Shown: positions 21,833 to 31,971, counted from the stretch's first letter. The stretch: 64,000 bases of DNA from an uncultured Gammaproteobacteria bacterium (GCA_963783635.1 CAWAOC010000002.1:28920-92919); one strand, 5' to 3'. Notes: generated by a model not told the origin, from the letters alone. Translations and numbers: made by a program.

Positions 21833-23462
21833 TCAGGCCTGATCCGCGAGATCGCGTCGGCGAAGCGGCGCAGCGTCGGCGACAGCGCCCCCGGCGCGAG
21901 ACGCACGTCGAGGAGGTGGAAGCGCCCGGGCCGCGCCACGGCGGTCTCCAGCGCCTGCGCGAGCTCCGCCCGCGTGCGCACGAGGTGGCCCGCCCCGCCC
22001 AGGGCGTCCGCGATCCGCGCGAGGTTCCACGTGCCCAGCGCGTTGTAGCGTCGCGTCCGGCCGGAATGCGGAGAGCATTCCCCAGCCGCCGTTGTTCAGG
22101 ACGACCACGATGGGGTCCCACCCGTAGCGGCGCGCAGTGCCCGAGCTCCATGCCCGGTCATCTGGAACGCGCCGTCGCCCACCAGCACCAGCGGGCGCCG
22201 CCCGCTCGCCGCCTGCACGCCGAGGCCCGCGGGAACGCCGAAGCCCATCGTCGCGTAGTAGCCGGGCGCCACGTGGTCGGTCTGCACGAGGTCCATGGCG
22301 GTGAAGAGGCAATCGCCCACGTCGGTCGCCACCGGCATGAGGCCGTGCGCGTCCATGAGGTCGTTCATCGCCCGCGCCACGTCGAGCGGCACGACGGGCG
22401 CGCCGTCGCGCACGAGGCCGCGCGGCGCCTCGACCAGGGCCATCGCCCGCGCGGACGGCGAGCGGCTGCGCGCGCTCGAGGAGCGCCTCCACGAGCGCGC
22501 GCGAGCGGGATGTCGGGATAGGTGTGGAAGCCGAGCGTCACGTGCCCGTCGAACGCCTGGATCGCGCGCCGCAGGTCCACGCGCCGCGCCGACACGCCGA
22601 AGTTGGTGTCGGAGACGATCACGCCCAGCAGCAGCAGCGCGTCGGAATCCTCGACGAGGGCCGAGACCTCCGGCGTGCCCGGCGAGGCCGAGGTAGGTGC
22701 CCACGAGCGGCGCATCCGCGTTCTCGAGGAGCCCGCGTCCCATGAGGCTCGTGACGACGGGGATGCCGAGGCGGCGCGCGAGGGCCGCCACCTGCGACTC
22801 GAGCCCGAAGCGGCGCACCTCCACGTCCACCATCAGCACGGGCGAGCGCGGCGGCGGCGAGGCGCGCGAGGATCTCGTCGGCGCAGGCCGCCAGCGCCTC
22901 GCGATCGACGGGCGCGGCGCGGCTCGGGACGGGCCGGCGCGCAGGCGGCGTTCACCTTGTCGCGCGGCAGCTCCAGGTAGACGGGCTGCGAATGGCGCCG
23001 CGCCGAGGCCAGCACGCGCGCGATGCGGGCGCCCGCGGTGGCCGGGTCGTCGAGGCGCGCCTGGTCGCAGGTCACCTGGCGGAACATCTCGTACTGGGAA
23101 TCGAGCGTCTTGGCCTGGTGGTGCAGCAGCAGCCCCGTGCCGCGCTCGTGGGTGCCGGGCGCGCCCGAGACCACCACCACGGGCGACTTCTCCGCGAAGG
23201 CGGAGGCGACGGCGTTCACGATGTTGAAGGCCCCGGCGCCGTAGGTGACGGCGGCCACCGAGGGCGCGCAGCGCATGCGCGCCGCCGCGTCCGCGGCGAA
23301 GCCCACCGACGGCTCGTGCGAGAGCGTGTAGAGCGGCAGCCGCCCGTCCGCGACGATCGCGTCGAAGAACGGCAGCGCGAAGTCGCCCGGGATGCCGAAG
23401 ATCTCGCGGGCCCCCGCGCCCTCGAGCGCGCCCAGCAGCGCCGCCGCGATCGTGGTCTTCAC
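21833..23462 (-). pseudogene. Thiamine-diphosphate-dependent alpha-keto-acid decarboxylase (IpdC/PPDC-like); about 6 frame breaks
   Basis: The start is MKTTIAAALLGALEGAGAREIFGIPGDFALPFFD...HEPSVGFAADAAARM. It also carries the TPP motif VLVGDGAFQMT. The pieces lie in ORFs 22833, 22096, 22365, 21833 and 21145. Confidence 0.7.
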
Positions 23463-23481
23463 GCGCGCTCGCGCCGGGCCT

Positions 23482-23944
23482 TCAGCGCGTCCCCGGGGCG
23501 ATGATGCGCATCGCCCGCCTGAGGAGCCCGCGCGTGCGCGGGATGTCGATCGTGTCGAGCGTGTTCTTCACGAGCAGCGCGATCTCGGTGTCGCCCTCGA
23601 CGAGCGAGCCGGCGATTGAAGAAGAGCGTGTCCGGATCGGCCTCGCGGGCCGCCAGCGCCGCGTAGTCCCACGCCACCGCGCGGAAGCGCAGCACGGGCT
23701 CGGCGGCGCTCGCCACCGGCACGAAGCGGCGAGCGCGCACGCGGAAGAGCAGCTCCATGCCCGCGTCCTCGACGACGATCGCGAAGGTGTGGCCCTCCAG
23801 GCGCTCGAGGACCTCCGCCGGGAACTTGCGGCGAAGGGTCAGGTTCAGCCCCGTCGCGAAGGCGATGGAGGCAGGCAGGCGCGGCAGGCGCCTTCCCACG
23901 GCGCGGACCGGCGCCGGAAGGCGATGGGCAGCGGCGACGTTCAT
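23482..23944 (-). pseudogene. ubiT: SCP2-domain protein, UbiT-like (O2-independent ubiquinone synthesis accessory factor); 1 frame break
   Basis: The ATG (23944..23942) overlaps the ubiV stop. The translation is MNVAAAHRLPAPVRAVGRRLPRLPASIAFATGLNLTLRRKFPAEVLERLEGHTFAIVVEDAG..., then VVEGDTEIALLVKNTLDTIDIP after a shift near 23610. The call rests on SCP2-like sequence plus ubiUV context. Confidence 0.6.
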
Positions 23945-24895
23945 GGGCGCACCTCCGTTTCGGGGACGTGTTCGCGAACACGTCCCCGTTCGAGTTCGAT
24001 GCCGGGCTTGCCGTGCCAGTAGCCGTCGCAGGCCGCGGCGGGCATGAGGGGCGCCAGGCGGGCGACCGCCTCGGCCGCGCCCAGCGCGCCGGACACCGCG
24101 TCGCGGAAGACGGCGACGACTTCGCCCGTGTGCTGCGATTGCGGCGAAAGGCGAAGGACATTCGCGCCCGCCGCGCGCGCCTCGTCGAGGACGGGCGCGA
24201 GGCTCTGCACGCTGGCCGACTGCGTCTGCACGCCGTTCAGGACGAGGAAGTGCTCGCCGTCCTGCGTGTCGAGGGCCAGGCCGTCCGGATGCTCGATGCA
24301 GCGGAACTCGCAGTGGTCCTTGGTGAGGTTGTTGTAGCGCGCCGTGAAGCAGCGCGCCGACACCGCCAGCGGCAGGCGCCCGTAGGCGAAGACCTCGGTC
24401 TCGATGCCCGGCGGGCCCTTCGGCCACGACGGCCGCGATCCCGTCGCGCGAAAGCTCCACGGGCGCCACCCAGCGCGTGGCCCCGAGCCCGGCGAGGAGC
24501 GCGAGCGTGCCGGCGTTGTAGACGTTGAGGAACGGCCCCGCGACGAACGGCCCCTTCCCGGCCAGCGCGCGCACCGCGGCCATGTCGTTCGCCTCGACGC
24601 GGAAGGCGCCGTTGTCGACGACCGCGTGCATCGTGCGCAGGTCCGCGTCGCTCTCGATCAGCTCGGCCGTGGAGAGGACCACCTCCTTGCCGGCGCGGGC
24701 GAGGTCCTCCCCGATGGCGATCCAGTCGGCGAGCTTGAGCTCCCGCCGGCGCGAGCAGACGGTCTCGCCGAGGTAGACCGAGTCCACGGGCCAGCCCGCG
24801 GCGTCGCGATAGAACGCGAGCACGGTCTCGCGCGGCCAGTAGTAGAGGAGGGGCCCGAGGGCGAGCTTCGTCTTTTCCATGGCGGTCGCGTTCAT
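23941..24895 (-). pseudogene. ubiV: U32-family protein UbiV-like; 1 frame break
   Basis: MNATAMEKTKLALGPLLYYWPRETVLAFY...LGETVCSRRREL and FAYGRLPLAVSARCFTARYNNLTKDHCEFRC...GYWHGKPG lie in two frames. The gene is translationally coupled to ubiU (ATGA at 24892..24895). Confidence 0.7.
23962..23987. repeat. REP-B copy 1: 26-bp perfect palindrome GGGGACGTGTTCG|CGAACACGTCCCC
   Basis: Checked by hand. Further copies are at 34264..34287 (24 bp perfect) and 46849..46874 (1 mismatch). This copy lies inside the last 15 codons of the ubiV frame. Confidence 0.85.
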
Positions 24896-25931
24896 TTCCA
24901 GGGCCGGTGGTAGGCGCCGAGCGTGCACTGGCGCCCCTCGGAGATGCCCGCGAGCGCCTCCTGCCACGCCGGCTTCACGCGGAAGCGCTGCGGCTCGCGC
25001 GCGCAGTCGTCGAGCGCCTCGCGCCAGACGCGCGTCACGGTCTCCACGTACACGGGGCTGCGCTGGCGCCCCTCGATCTTGATCGCCTTCACGCCCATCG
25101 CCTGCAGGCGCGGCAGCAGCTCCAGCGTGTTGAGGCTCGTGGGCTCCTCGAACGGGTAGTAGGTGTCGCCGTTCACCACGAAGCGGCCGCGGCAGAGCGT
25201 CGGGTAGCCCGGGTGGTCCTCCTCGCCGAAGCGGTCGATGAGGACGCCGCCCGAGGCGCGACTCGAGCCCCCGCGGCGACTGCTGCCAGCGGATCGCCTT
25301 CGCCGGCGAGCAGCCGCCGTGGGTGTTGGGCGATTCCCCCGTCGCGTAGGACGACAGCGCGCAGCGCCCCTCGACCATGATCGACAGGCTCCCGAAGCCG
25401 AACACCTCGATGTCCACCGGCGTGCGCTGGATCGCCTTCTCCGCCTGCTCGACGGAGAGCACGCGCGGCAGCACGGCGCGCTTGATGCCGAAGTGCTCGT
25501 GGTAGAAGTTGATCGCCTCGTGGCTGGTGGCCGAGCCCTGCACGGAGAGGTGCAGCCGCAGTTGCGGATGCGTCTTCGCGGCATAGGCGAGGAGACCCGC
25601 GTCGGCCACGATGATCGCGTCCACGCCGAGGTCCGCGGCGCGGTCCACGGCGGCGCGCCACTTCCGCCAGGTCGACGGCTGCGGGAAGGTGTTGAGCGCG
25701 ACCAGCACCTGCGCGCCCGCGGCGGTGCGCGTACTCGATGCCGTCGCGGATCGACCGGTCGTCGAAGTTGAGCCCGGCGAAGTTGCGCGCGTTCGTCTCG
25801 TCCTTGAAGCCCAGGTAGACGTCGTCGGCGCCGTTGTCGACCGCCACCCTGAGCGCCGGCGGCGTGCCGGCCGGGCACACCAGCCTCATGCGCGCGGGAG
25901 CCTGCGGGGAAAGCGGAGCGGCCTGGGCCAT
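24892..25931 (-). pseudogene. ubiU: U32-family protein UbiU-like; 2 frame breaks
   Basis: Three pieces lie in three frames: MRLVCPAGTPPALRVAVDNGADDVYLGFKDETNARNFAGLNF, NTFPQPSTWRKW...LHLSVQGSATSHEAINFY...SLSIMVEGRCALSSY and GYPTLCRGRF...AIKIEGRQRSPVYV. Confidence 0.75.
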
Positions 25932-25948
25932 GGTCACCTCGGATCTCT

Positions 25949-25972
25949 GTACCCGGTACATGTACCGGGTAC
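25949..25972. promoter_or_regulatory. 24-bp perfect palindrome GTACCCGGTACA|TGTACCGGGTAC in the ubiU leader
   Basis: It lies 18 bp upstream of the ubiU ATG. It is built from two 11-mers of the form GTACC(C/G)GGTAC, and the same 11-mer recurs at 49040..49050. Confidence 0.45.
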
Positions 25973-26013
25973 ACGGGAAACCGGACAGGGTAGACCCCGC
26001 CCCCCCGATTTCC

Positions 26014-26027
26014 TTGAGACAGATCAG
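26014..26027. promoter_or_regulatory. FNR/Anr-like box TTGAGACAGATCAG upstream of ubiU
   Basis: 8/10 match to TTGAT-N4-ATCAA, centred about 89 bp upstream of the ubiU ATG. It is 13/14 identical to the box at 26583. Confidence 0.4.
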
Positions 26028-26547
26028 GAAAAGCGAAGAAAGGCGCCCGGGCCTAGCCCCGCTGCGCACTCGCGCTGCGTCAGCCGGACGGCGCGCCGCA
26101 GGATGCGCCGCGTGCGCACCACGTCGATGCCCTCGAGCGCCTTGTGCACCTCGGCCGCGATGTCCGGGTCGCCCACCACGACGAGGTCGTGCAGGAAGAG
26201 GCCGTCGTCGGGCGCGTCCTCCGGCGCGGCGAGCGTGGCGAAATCGGAGGCGTTCACGCGGAAGCGCAGCGGCTCCTCCCCGGCGTGGGGCACGGGCACG
26301 AAGCGGCGCTCGCTGAAGCGGAACGCCATCACGAGGTCGAGGTCGCGCACCTCGATCGAGAACGGCCGCTCACCCAGGTGCTCGAAGACCTGCGACCGGC
26401 AGGCGCTTGCGCACGAGGAGGTTCAGCACCGCCGCCACGACGGCCGACGAGGGCACGTGGGGCAGTTTCCTCACGAGGCTTCGGATCGGCGGCGGGAGCA
26501 CCGCGCGCCGCTTCACCCCGCGCAGCGGCATGAGAGGGGCGTTCATG
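26024..26547 (-). pseudogene. Second SCP2-domain (UbiT-like) protein; 1 frame break
   Basis: MNAPLMPLRGVKRRAVLPPPIRSLVRKLPHVPSSAVVAAVLNLLVRK is followed by VFEHLGERPFSIEVRDLDLVMAFRFSERRFVPV...LFLHDLVVVGDPDIAAEVHKALEGIDV. It is a paralogue of the gene at 23482..23944. Confidence 0.6.
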
Positions 26548-26582
26548 ATCTTTCACGCTAGCGCGTGGCCCCGGAAAGGTGT

Positions 26583-26596
26583 TGAGGCAGATCAGC
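26583..26596. promoter_or_regulatory. FNR/Anr-like box TTGAGGCAGATCAG upstream of the second SCP2 gene
   Basis: 8/10 match to the FNR consensus, centred about 42 bp upstream of the ATG at 26547. Confidence 0.4.
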
Positions 26597-26609
26597 AATC
26601 GCGCCAATC

Positions 26610-27376
26610 TCACTCGCGATGCCGCCTCCAGCGCGTGAACGCGGCCACGGTGGCCAGCGCCGCGACGGTGGCGAGCGAAAACGCGGCCGCGATGCCAAGC
26701 GTGGCGAGCGTCACGCTCACCACGAGGAAGAACGCGGTGAAGCCGGTGAGCCCCGCGACGAAGCCGCGCTGCAGCCGCGCGAGCGCGTCGGCGCCGTAGA
26801 GCTTCAGCGTGAAGGGCGGCATGATCGAGCCGGTGATCGGCAGCGACAGGAGGATGCCGCTCACCGTGGGCCCGAGGGCCGCCGCGCCGAAGAGGATCGC
26901 GGCGGCGAGCGCCAGCGCCGCCGCGAGGCGCAGCCACAGCTCCACCGCGGGGATCGCGGGAAGCGTGGCCGCATCGCGCGGCCGCGGCAGGAATCGCGAG
27001 GCGAGCGGCGAGCCCGCCGACCGCGAACGCGAGCGCCGTGGCCGGGCCCAGCGGAAGCGTGCCCACGCCGACCGAGATCGCGGCGTAGGCGGTCCAGCCC
27101 GCCGCGAGCCCGGCGAGCGCGCCCGGCCGCCCGCCCCGCGACGGAAAAGGCCAGCATGTGCCCCGCCTGCCCCGCGACCGCCGCCATCGTGACCAGCGCC
27201 GAGCGCGCGGCGAAATCCGGGCCCGTGGTCGATCGCGAGGTAGAGCGTGATCGGCCCGCCGATCATCGGGAAGCCGCCGAGGTAGCCCGAGACGGCATGC
27301 CCCCAGCGCCGCGCCGCCAGGCTCGCGAGCCACACGGCGAACGGGACGAGGGCCAGCTTGAGGGCGAGAAGCGCGG
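26610..27376 (-). pseudogene. Hypothetical polytopic membrane protein; about 3 frame breaks, start uncertain
   Basis: Hydrophobic segments ALLALKLALVPFAVWLASLAARRWGHAVSGYLGGFPMIGGPITLYLAI ... ILLSLPITGSIMPPFTLKLYGADA ... ATVAAFTRWRRHRE* lie in three frames. Confidence 0.45.
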
Positions 27377-28588
27377 TCAGGGTCGGTTGCCGCCGGCGAC
27401 CATGCGGTACTCGTACAGGCGGCACTCGATGGCGCCGTTGTAGAGCACGGTTCGCTTCGTGGCGGAGAGGCGGATGAGCTTCGGCAGGTCCGGGTCGCCG
27501 GAGAAGATGTAGGCGGTCCAGCCCGCGAACTTCTGCTTGAGGAGGTGGCCGAGCTCCGGGTAGAACTTCGCGAGCTCCTCCTTCTCGCCCAGGCGCACGC
27601 CGTAGGGCGGGTTGGTGACGAGGAGCCCCGCCGGGCGCCGGCGCGGAGAGCTCGAGGAGGTTCGCCTGCTTGAGCGAGACGACCTCCTCCAGGCCCATGT
27701 CGCGCAGGTTCGCGCGCGCGTTGTCGAGGGTGCGCCCGTAGAGGTCGGAGCCGTGGATGGCCCGCGGCCCGACGGGCTGCGCCCGGGCCGAGGAGGCCGC
27801 CTTCACCTTCTCCCAGGCCGCCGGGTCGAAGCGCGTGAGCGCTCGAACCCGAAGGGGCGGCCGCGGCCGGGCGCGAGTCCCAGCGCCATTTCCGCCGCCT
27901 CGATGAGGATCGTGCCCGCGCCGCACATCGGATCGAGGAGCGGCTGGTCCGGCGTCCACCCCGAGAGCCGCAGCAGGCCCGCGGCGAGGTTCTTCTTGAG
28001 CGGCGCCTCGCCCGTCTTGTCGCGCCGGCCGCGCTTGAAGAGCGGCTCGCCGCTCGTGTCGAGGTAGAGCGTGCACCACTTCGCGTCGAGGAAGACGTGC
28101 ACGCGCACGTCGGGCTCGCGCGAGGAGACGTCCGGGCGCTTGCCCAGCGCCTCGCGGAAGGCGTCGGCGATCGCGTCCTTCACCTTGAGCGTGATGAAGT
28201 CGATGCTCTTCACCGGCGCCTTGACCGAGTTGGTCTCGACCTTGAAGGTGCGCTCGATGCCGAAGTGGGCGTGCCAGCGCACGCGCCTCGCGCCCTCGTA
28301 GATGTCGTTCTCGTTGCGGTAGTCGAAGCGCGAGACGCGCGCGAGGATGCGCGTGGCCAGCCGCGACTCGAGGTTGGCGACGTAGGCGATCTCGAACGGG
28401 CCCTCGAACTCCACGCCCGCCTCCCCCGCCTTGATCTCCTGCGCGCCGAAGCCGGCCAGCTCCTCGGCGAGCGCGCCCGCGAGGCCCCGCGGGCAGGTCG
28501 CGAAGAACTGCACGGCGGACGGGTCCTTGCGCGTCACCTCGACGGCGGCGGCGGGGGCCGGGACCTTCCTGCGGGTGAGCGTGGCCAT
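27377..28588 (-). pseudogene. THUMP-domain class I SAM-dependent RNA methyltransferase (UPF0020/RlmL-N-like); 2 frame breaks
   Basis: FFATCPRGLAGALAEELAGFGA..., then DPMCGAGTILIEAA, then LLVTNPPYGVRLGEKEEL, ending YEYRMVAGGNRP*. Confidence 0.75.
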
Positions 28589-28596
28589 GGGCTGCC

Positions 28597-29010
28597 TCAG
28601 AACGGCTTCACGACGACGAGGATCACGATGGCCACCAGATAGAGCAGCGGAATTTCATTGATCCAGCGGTAGAAGACATGGGAGCGCGTGTTGGCGTCGC
28701 GCGCGAAGACGCCCACGAAGTGCCCCAGCCAGAAATGGTGCGCGAGGAGGAGCGCCACGAGGGCGAGCTTGGCGTGCAGCCATCCGCCCTTGAACCCCCA
28801 GCCCAGCCAGAGCCACGTGCCGAGCGCGATCGTGAGCGCCATGCAGGGCATCATGATGCCGCGGTAGAGCTTGCGCTCCATGACCTTGAACCGCTCGCGC
28901 GAGGCCTCGTCCCCGGCCATCGCGTGATAGACGAAAAGCCGGGGCAAGTAGAATAGGCCCGCGTACCAGGCCACCAGGAAGACGATGTGGAAGGATTTGA
29001 CCCAGAGCAT
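28597..29010 (-). CDS. hemJ: Protoporphyrinogen oxidase HemJ (UPF0093/CopD-like family)
   Basis: Intact 137-codon ORF: MLWVKSFHIVFLVAWYAGLFYLPRLFVYH...KLYRGIMMP...WLHAKL. Confidence 0.8.
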   Translation of the reverse strand: MLWVKSFHIVFLVAWYAGLFYLPRLFVYHAMAGDEASRERFKVMERKLYRGIMMPCMALTIALGTWLWLGWGFKGGWLHAKLALVALLLAHHFWLGHFVGVFARDANTRSHVFYRWINEIPLLYLVAIVILVVVKPF

Positions 29011-29082
29011 GGGGGGACGGCCGGGGCGGAACTAAGCTCCCGAATGCCGCTCTATGCGTTGATTTCCCTGGATTCTACCGTG

Positions 29083-31247
29083 ATGCACCGATCGCTCCCC
29101 ATTTGCTTCGCCCTTCTCCTCGGCCTCGCCCTGGCCGGCTCGCCCGCCGCGCAGGCCGCGCCGGTGAGGACCGAGCACGTGGAAGCGGAGCTGCGCGCCG
29201 AGCACGCGACCGTCGGCGCCGGGCAAGCCCGTCACCGTGGGCCTGCGGCTGAAGATGGACGAGCACTGGCACACCTACTGGAAGAATCCGGGCGACTCGG
29301 GCCTGCCCACGAAGATCCGCTGGACGCTGCCCGAAGGCTGGAGCGCCGGCCCGTTCCAGTGGCCCTACCCCGAGGGCCAGCGCGTGGGCCCGCTCATGAA
29401 CTACGGCTACTCGGACGAGGTGATGCTCCTCGCCGAGCTCACGCCGCCCGCCGACGCGAAGCCCGGCCCCGTCACCATCAAGGGCGACGCCGACTGGCTG
29501 GTCTGCAAGGACATCTGCATCCCCGAGAAGGCCACGCTCACGCTCGCCCTCGCGGTGGCCGCGGGCGAGTCCCGGCGCCACGGGCGGCGACTCCGCTCTT
29601 CGCGAAGGCGCGCGCGCGCCTGCCCGTCGCGGCCGGCGGATGGACGTCGCGAGGCCACGATCTCGGGCGCCAAGCTCACGCTGCGCGTCCTGCCGCCGGC
29701 GGGCGCCGTCGCCCCGGCGAAGGTGGCCTACTTCCCGCATCGCGAGAATTTCATCGACCACCCCGCGCCGCAGGTCCTCACGCGCGACGGCAACGGCTTC
29801 CGCCTCGACGTGAAGCTCATGGAGCCCGTGGCGGCCGGCATCGCGAATGCCGCCGGCGTGCTCGTCGGCGAAAGCTCCTGGCCGGGATCGCCCGGCCGCA
29901 AGGCGGTGGAACTCGCGCTGCCCGTCGTCGCAACGCTTCCCGCGGTCGCGGCACCCGTGGGCGTCCCGGCCGGCGAAGCGGGCGGCAGCCTCGCCCTCGC
30001 GCTCGTGTTCGCGCTGGCCGGCGGGCTCCTGCTCAACCTCATGCCCTGCGTCTTCCCCGTGCTCGGCATCAAGGTGATGGGCTTCGTGCGGCATGCCCAC
30101 GGGGACGCGCGCGCGCTGTGGCTGCAGGGCGCGGTCTTCTCGGCCGGCGTGCTCGTCTCGTTCCTCGTCCTCGCGGGGCTGCTGCTCGCCCTGCGCTCGG
30201 GCGGGACGGAGCTCGGGCTGGGGCTTCCAGCTGCAGTCGCCCGCGTTCGTGACGCTGCTGGCCGCCCTCTTCTTCCTGATGGCGCTCAACCTCTTCGGCC
30301 TCTTCGAGTGGGGCGGGTTCGCGCAGTCGATGACCTCGAACCTCTCCGCGCAGGGCCGCTACGCCGACGCGTTCCTCGCGGGCGTGCTGGCCACGGTGGT
30401 CGCCACGCCCTGCACGGCGCCGTTCATGGGCGCGGCGGTGGGGTTCACGCTCGCGCAGCCGGCCGCCGTGTCGCTCGCGGTGTTCGCGATGCTGGGCGCG
30501 GGCATGGCCCTGCCGGTGCTGGTCGCTTTCGTTCTTCCCCGGGGCGCTGCGCAGGCTCCCGAAGCCCGGCCCGTGGATGGAGACCTTCAAGCAGGCGATG
30601 GCCTTCCCGCTCTTCGCCACCGTGGCCTGGCTCGCCTGGGTGCTGGGCGCGCAGGCGGGCAACGACGCGGTGCTCGCGCTGCTGGGGGGGCTCCTCGTGC
30701 TCGCCATCGGCGCGTGGATCTACGGGCGCTGGGCGCGGTCGGAAAGCCTCGCGCGCCTCGTCTTCGCCGCGCTCTTCGCCGCGGCCGGCCTGTGGCTCGC
30801 CTGGCCGGGCGCGCAACGCCTCGCCCGGCGAGGCGCGCGCCGCGGTCGCCGAAGGCCGGCGAGATCGCGTGGCAGGCGTGGTCGCCGGAGAAGCTCGCGG
30901 AACTGCGCGCGGCCGGCACGCCCGTGTTCGTCGATTTCACCGCCGCCTGGTGCGTCACCTGCCAGGTGAACAAGCGCGTGGCGCTCAACCGCGAGGAGGT
31001 CGTGAAGGCGCTCGCCGATCGCGGCGTCGTGGCGCTCAAGGCGGACTGGACGAACCACGATCCGCGCATCACCGCGGCGCTGGCGGAGCTGGGCCGCAAC
31101 GCCCTCCCCGTCTATGCGCTCTACGCGCCCGGCCAGCCGCAGCCGAAGCTGCTGCCCGAGGTGCTCACCGCCTCCCTCGTCGTCGCCGAGATCTCGAAGC
31201 TGCCCGCGCCGAAGCCGGCCGCCACCGCCAACCTCGACCCACGCTGA
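29083..31247 (+). pseudogene. dsbD: DsbD-family thiol:disulfide interchange protein (N-terminal DsbD-alpha-like, TM core, C-terminal thioredoxin); about 6 frame breaks
   Basis: HWHTYWKNPGDSGLPT...DWLVCKDICIPE, then LLLNLMPCVFPVLGIK, then VVATPCTAPFMGAAVGF, then the C-terminal FVDFTAAWCVTCQVNK. Confidence 0.8.
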
Positions 31248-31263
31248 TATCCCGGAGACCCCC

Positions 31264-31866
31264 ATGAAGAGAGCCTCCCTGCTCGCCATTTCCATCGCAT
31301 CGCTCTTCGCCGGCACCGCGCTCGCGGCCGCCGTCGTCGGGCAGCCCGCGCCCGCCTTCACCGCCACCGACCTCGCGGGCAAGCCCGTGAGCCTCGCCGA
31401 CTTCAAGGGCAGGACGGTCGTGCTCGAGTGGCACAACTTCGGCTGCCCGTTCGTGCAGAAGCACTACAGGAGCGGCAACATGCAGGCCCTGCAGAAGAAG
31501 TACGGCGGCGAGGTCGTGTGGCTCTCGGTGAACTCCACGAACGCCGGGCACCAGGACTACCAGTCGCCCGCGCAGCTCACGAAGGCGCTGGCCGAGGCCG
31601 GCGCCGCGCCCACGCGCTTCGTGATGGACGAGCCCGGGACCGTCGGCCTCGCCTACGGCGCCAAGGTGACGCCGCACATGTACATCATCGATCCCGCCGG
31701 GAAGGTGGTCTACAACGGCGCCATCGACGACAAGCGCTCCGCGGACGTGGCCGACGTGAAGACGGCGAAGAACTTCGTGGTCGCCGCGCTGGACGAGCTG
31801 AAGGCCGGCAAGCCGGTCACCAACGCCTCCAACGCCCCGTACGGCTGCACCATCAAGTACAAGTAA
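31264..31866 (+). CDS. Secreted thioredoxin-fold (redoxin/AhpC-TSA-like) protein
   Basis: Intact 200-codon ORF with a signal peptide, then GQPAPAFTATDLAGKPVSLADFKGRTVVLEWHNFGCPFVQKHY. Confidence 0.8.
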   Translation: MKRASLLAISIASLFAGTALAAAVVGQPAPAFTATDLAGKPVSLADFKGRTVVLEWHNFGCPFVQKHYRSGNMQALQKKYGGEVVWLSVNSTNAGHQDYQSPAQLTKALAEAGAAPTRFVMDEPGTVGLAYGAKVTPHMYIIDPAGKVVYNGAIDDKRSADVADVKTAKNFVVAALDELKAGKPVTNASNAPYGCTIKYK

Positions 31867-31874
31867 CCCGCTTC

Positions 31875-31946
31875 CGTACCAGGCTACACGTGCCGGCTCA
31901 CGTACCGGGCTCACGTGCCAGGTACGCGTGCCAGGCACGTTGGCTG
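31875..31946. repeat. Degenerate tandem array, 5-6 units of a 12-13-mer CACGTRCCRGGYW
   Basis: The units read cgtaccaggcta | cacgtgccggct | cacgtaccgggct | cacgtgccaggta | cgcgtgccaggca | cgttggctgg. Confidence 0.6.
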
Positions 31947-31971
31947 GAAGGCCCGCCTCGCGCGGGCCTTC
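31947..31971 (+). terminator. Hairpin GAAGGCCCGC-CTCGC-GCGGGCCTTC followed by a T-rich stretch
   Basis: 10-bp stem. A near-identical copy is at 33596..33620. Confidence 0.5.
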
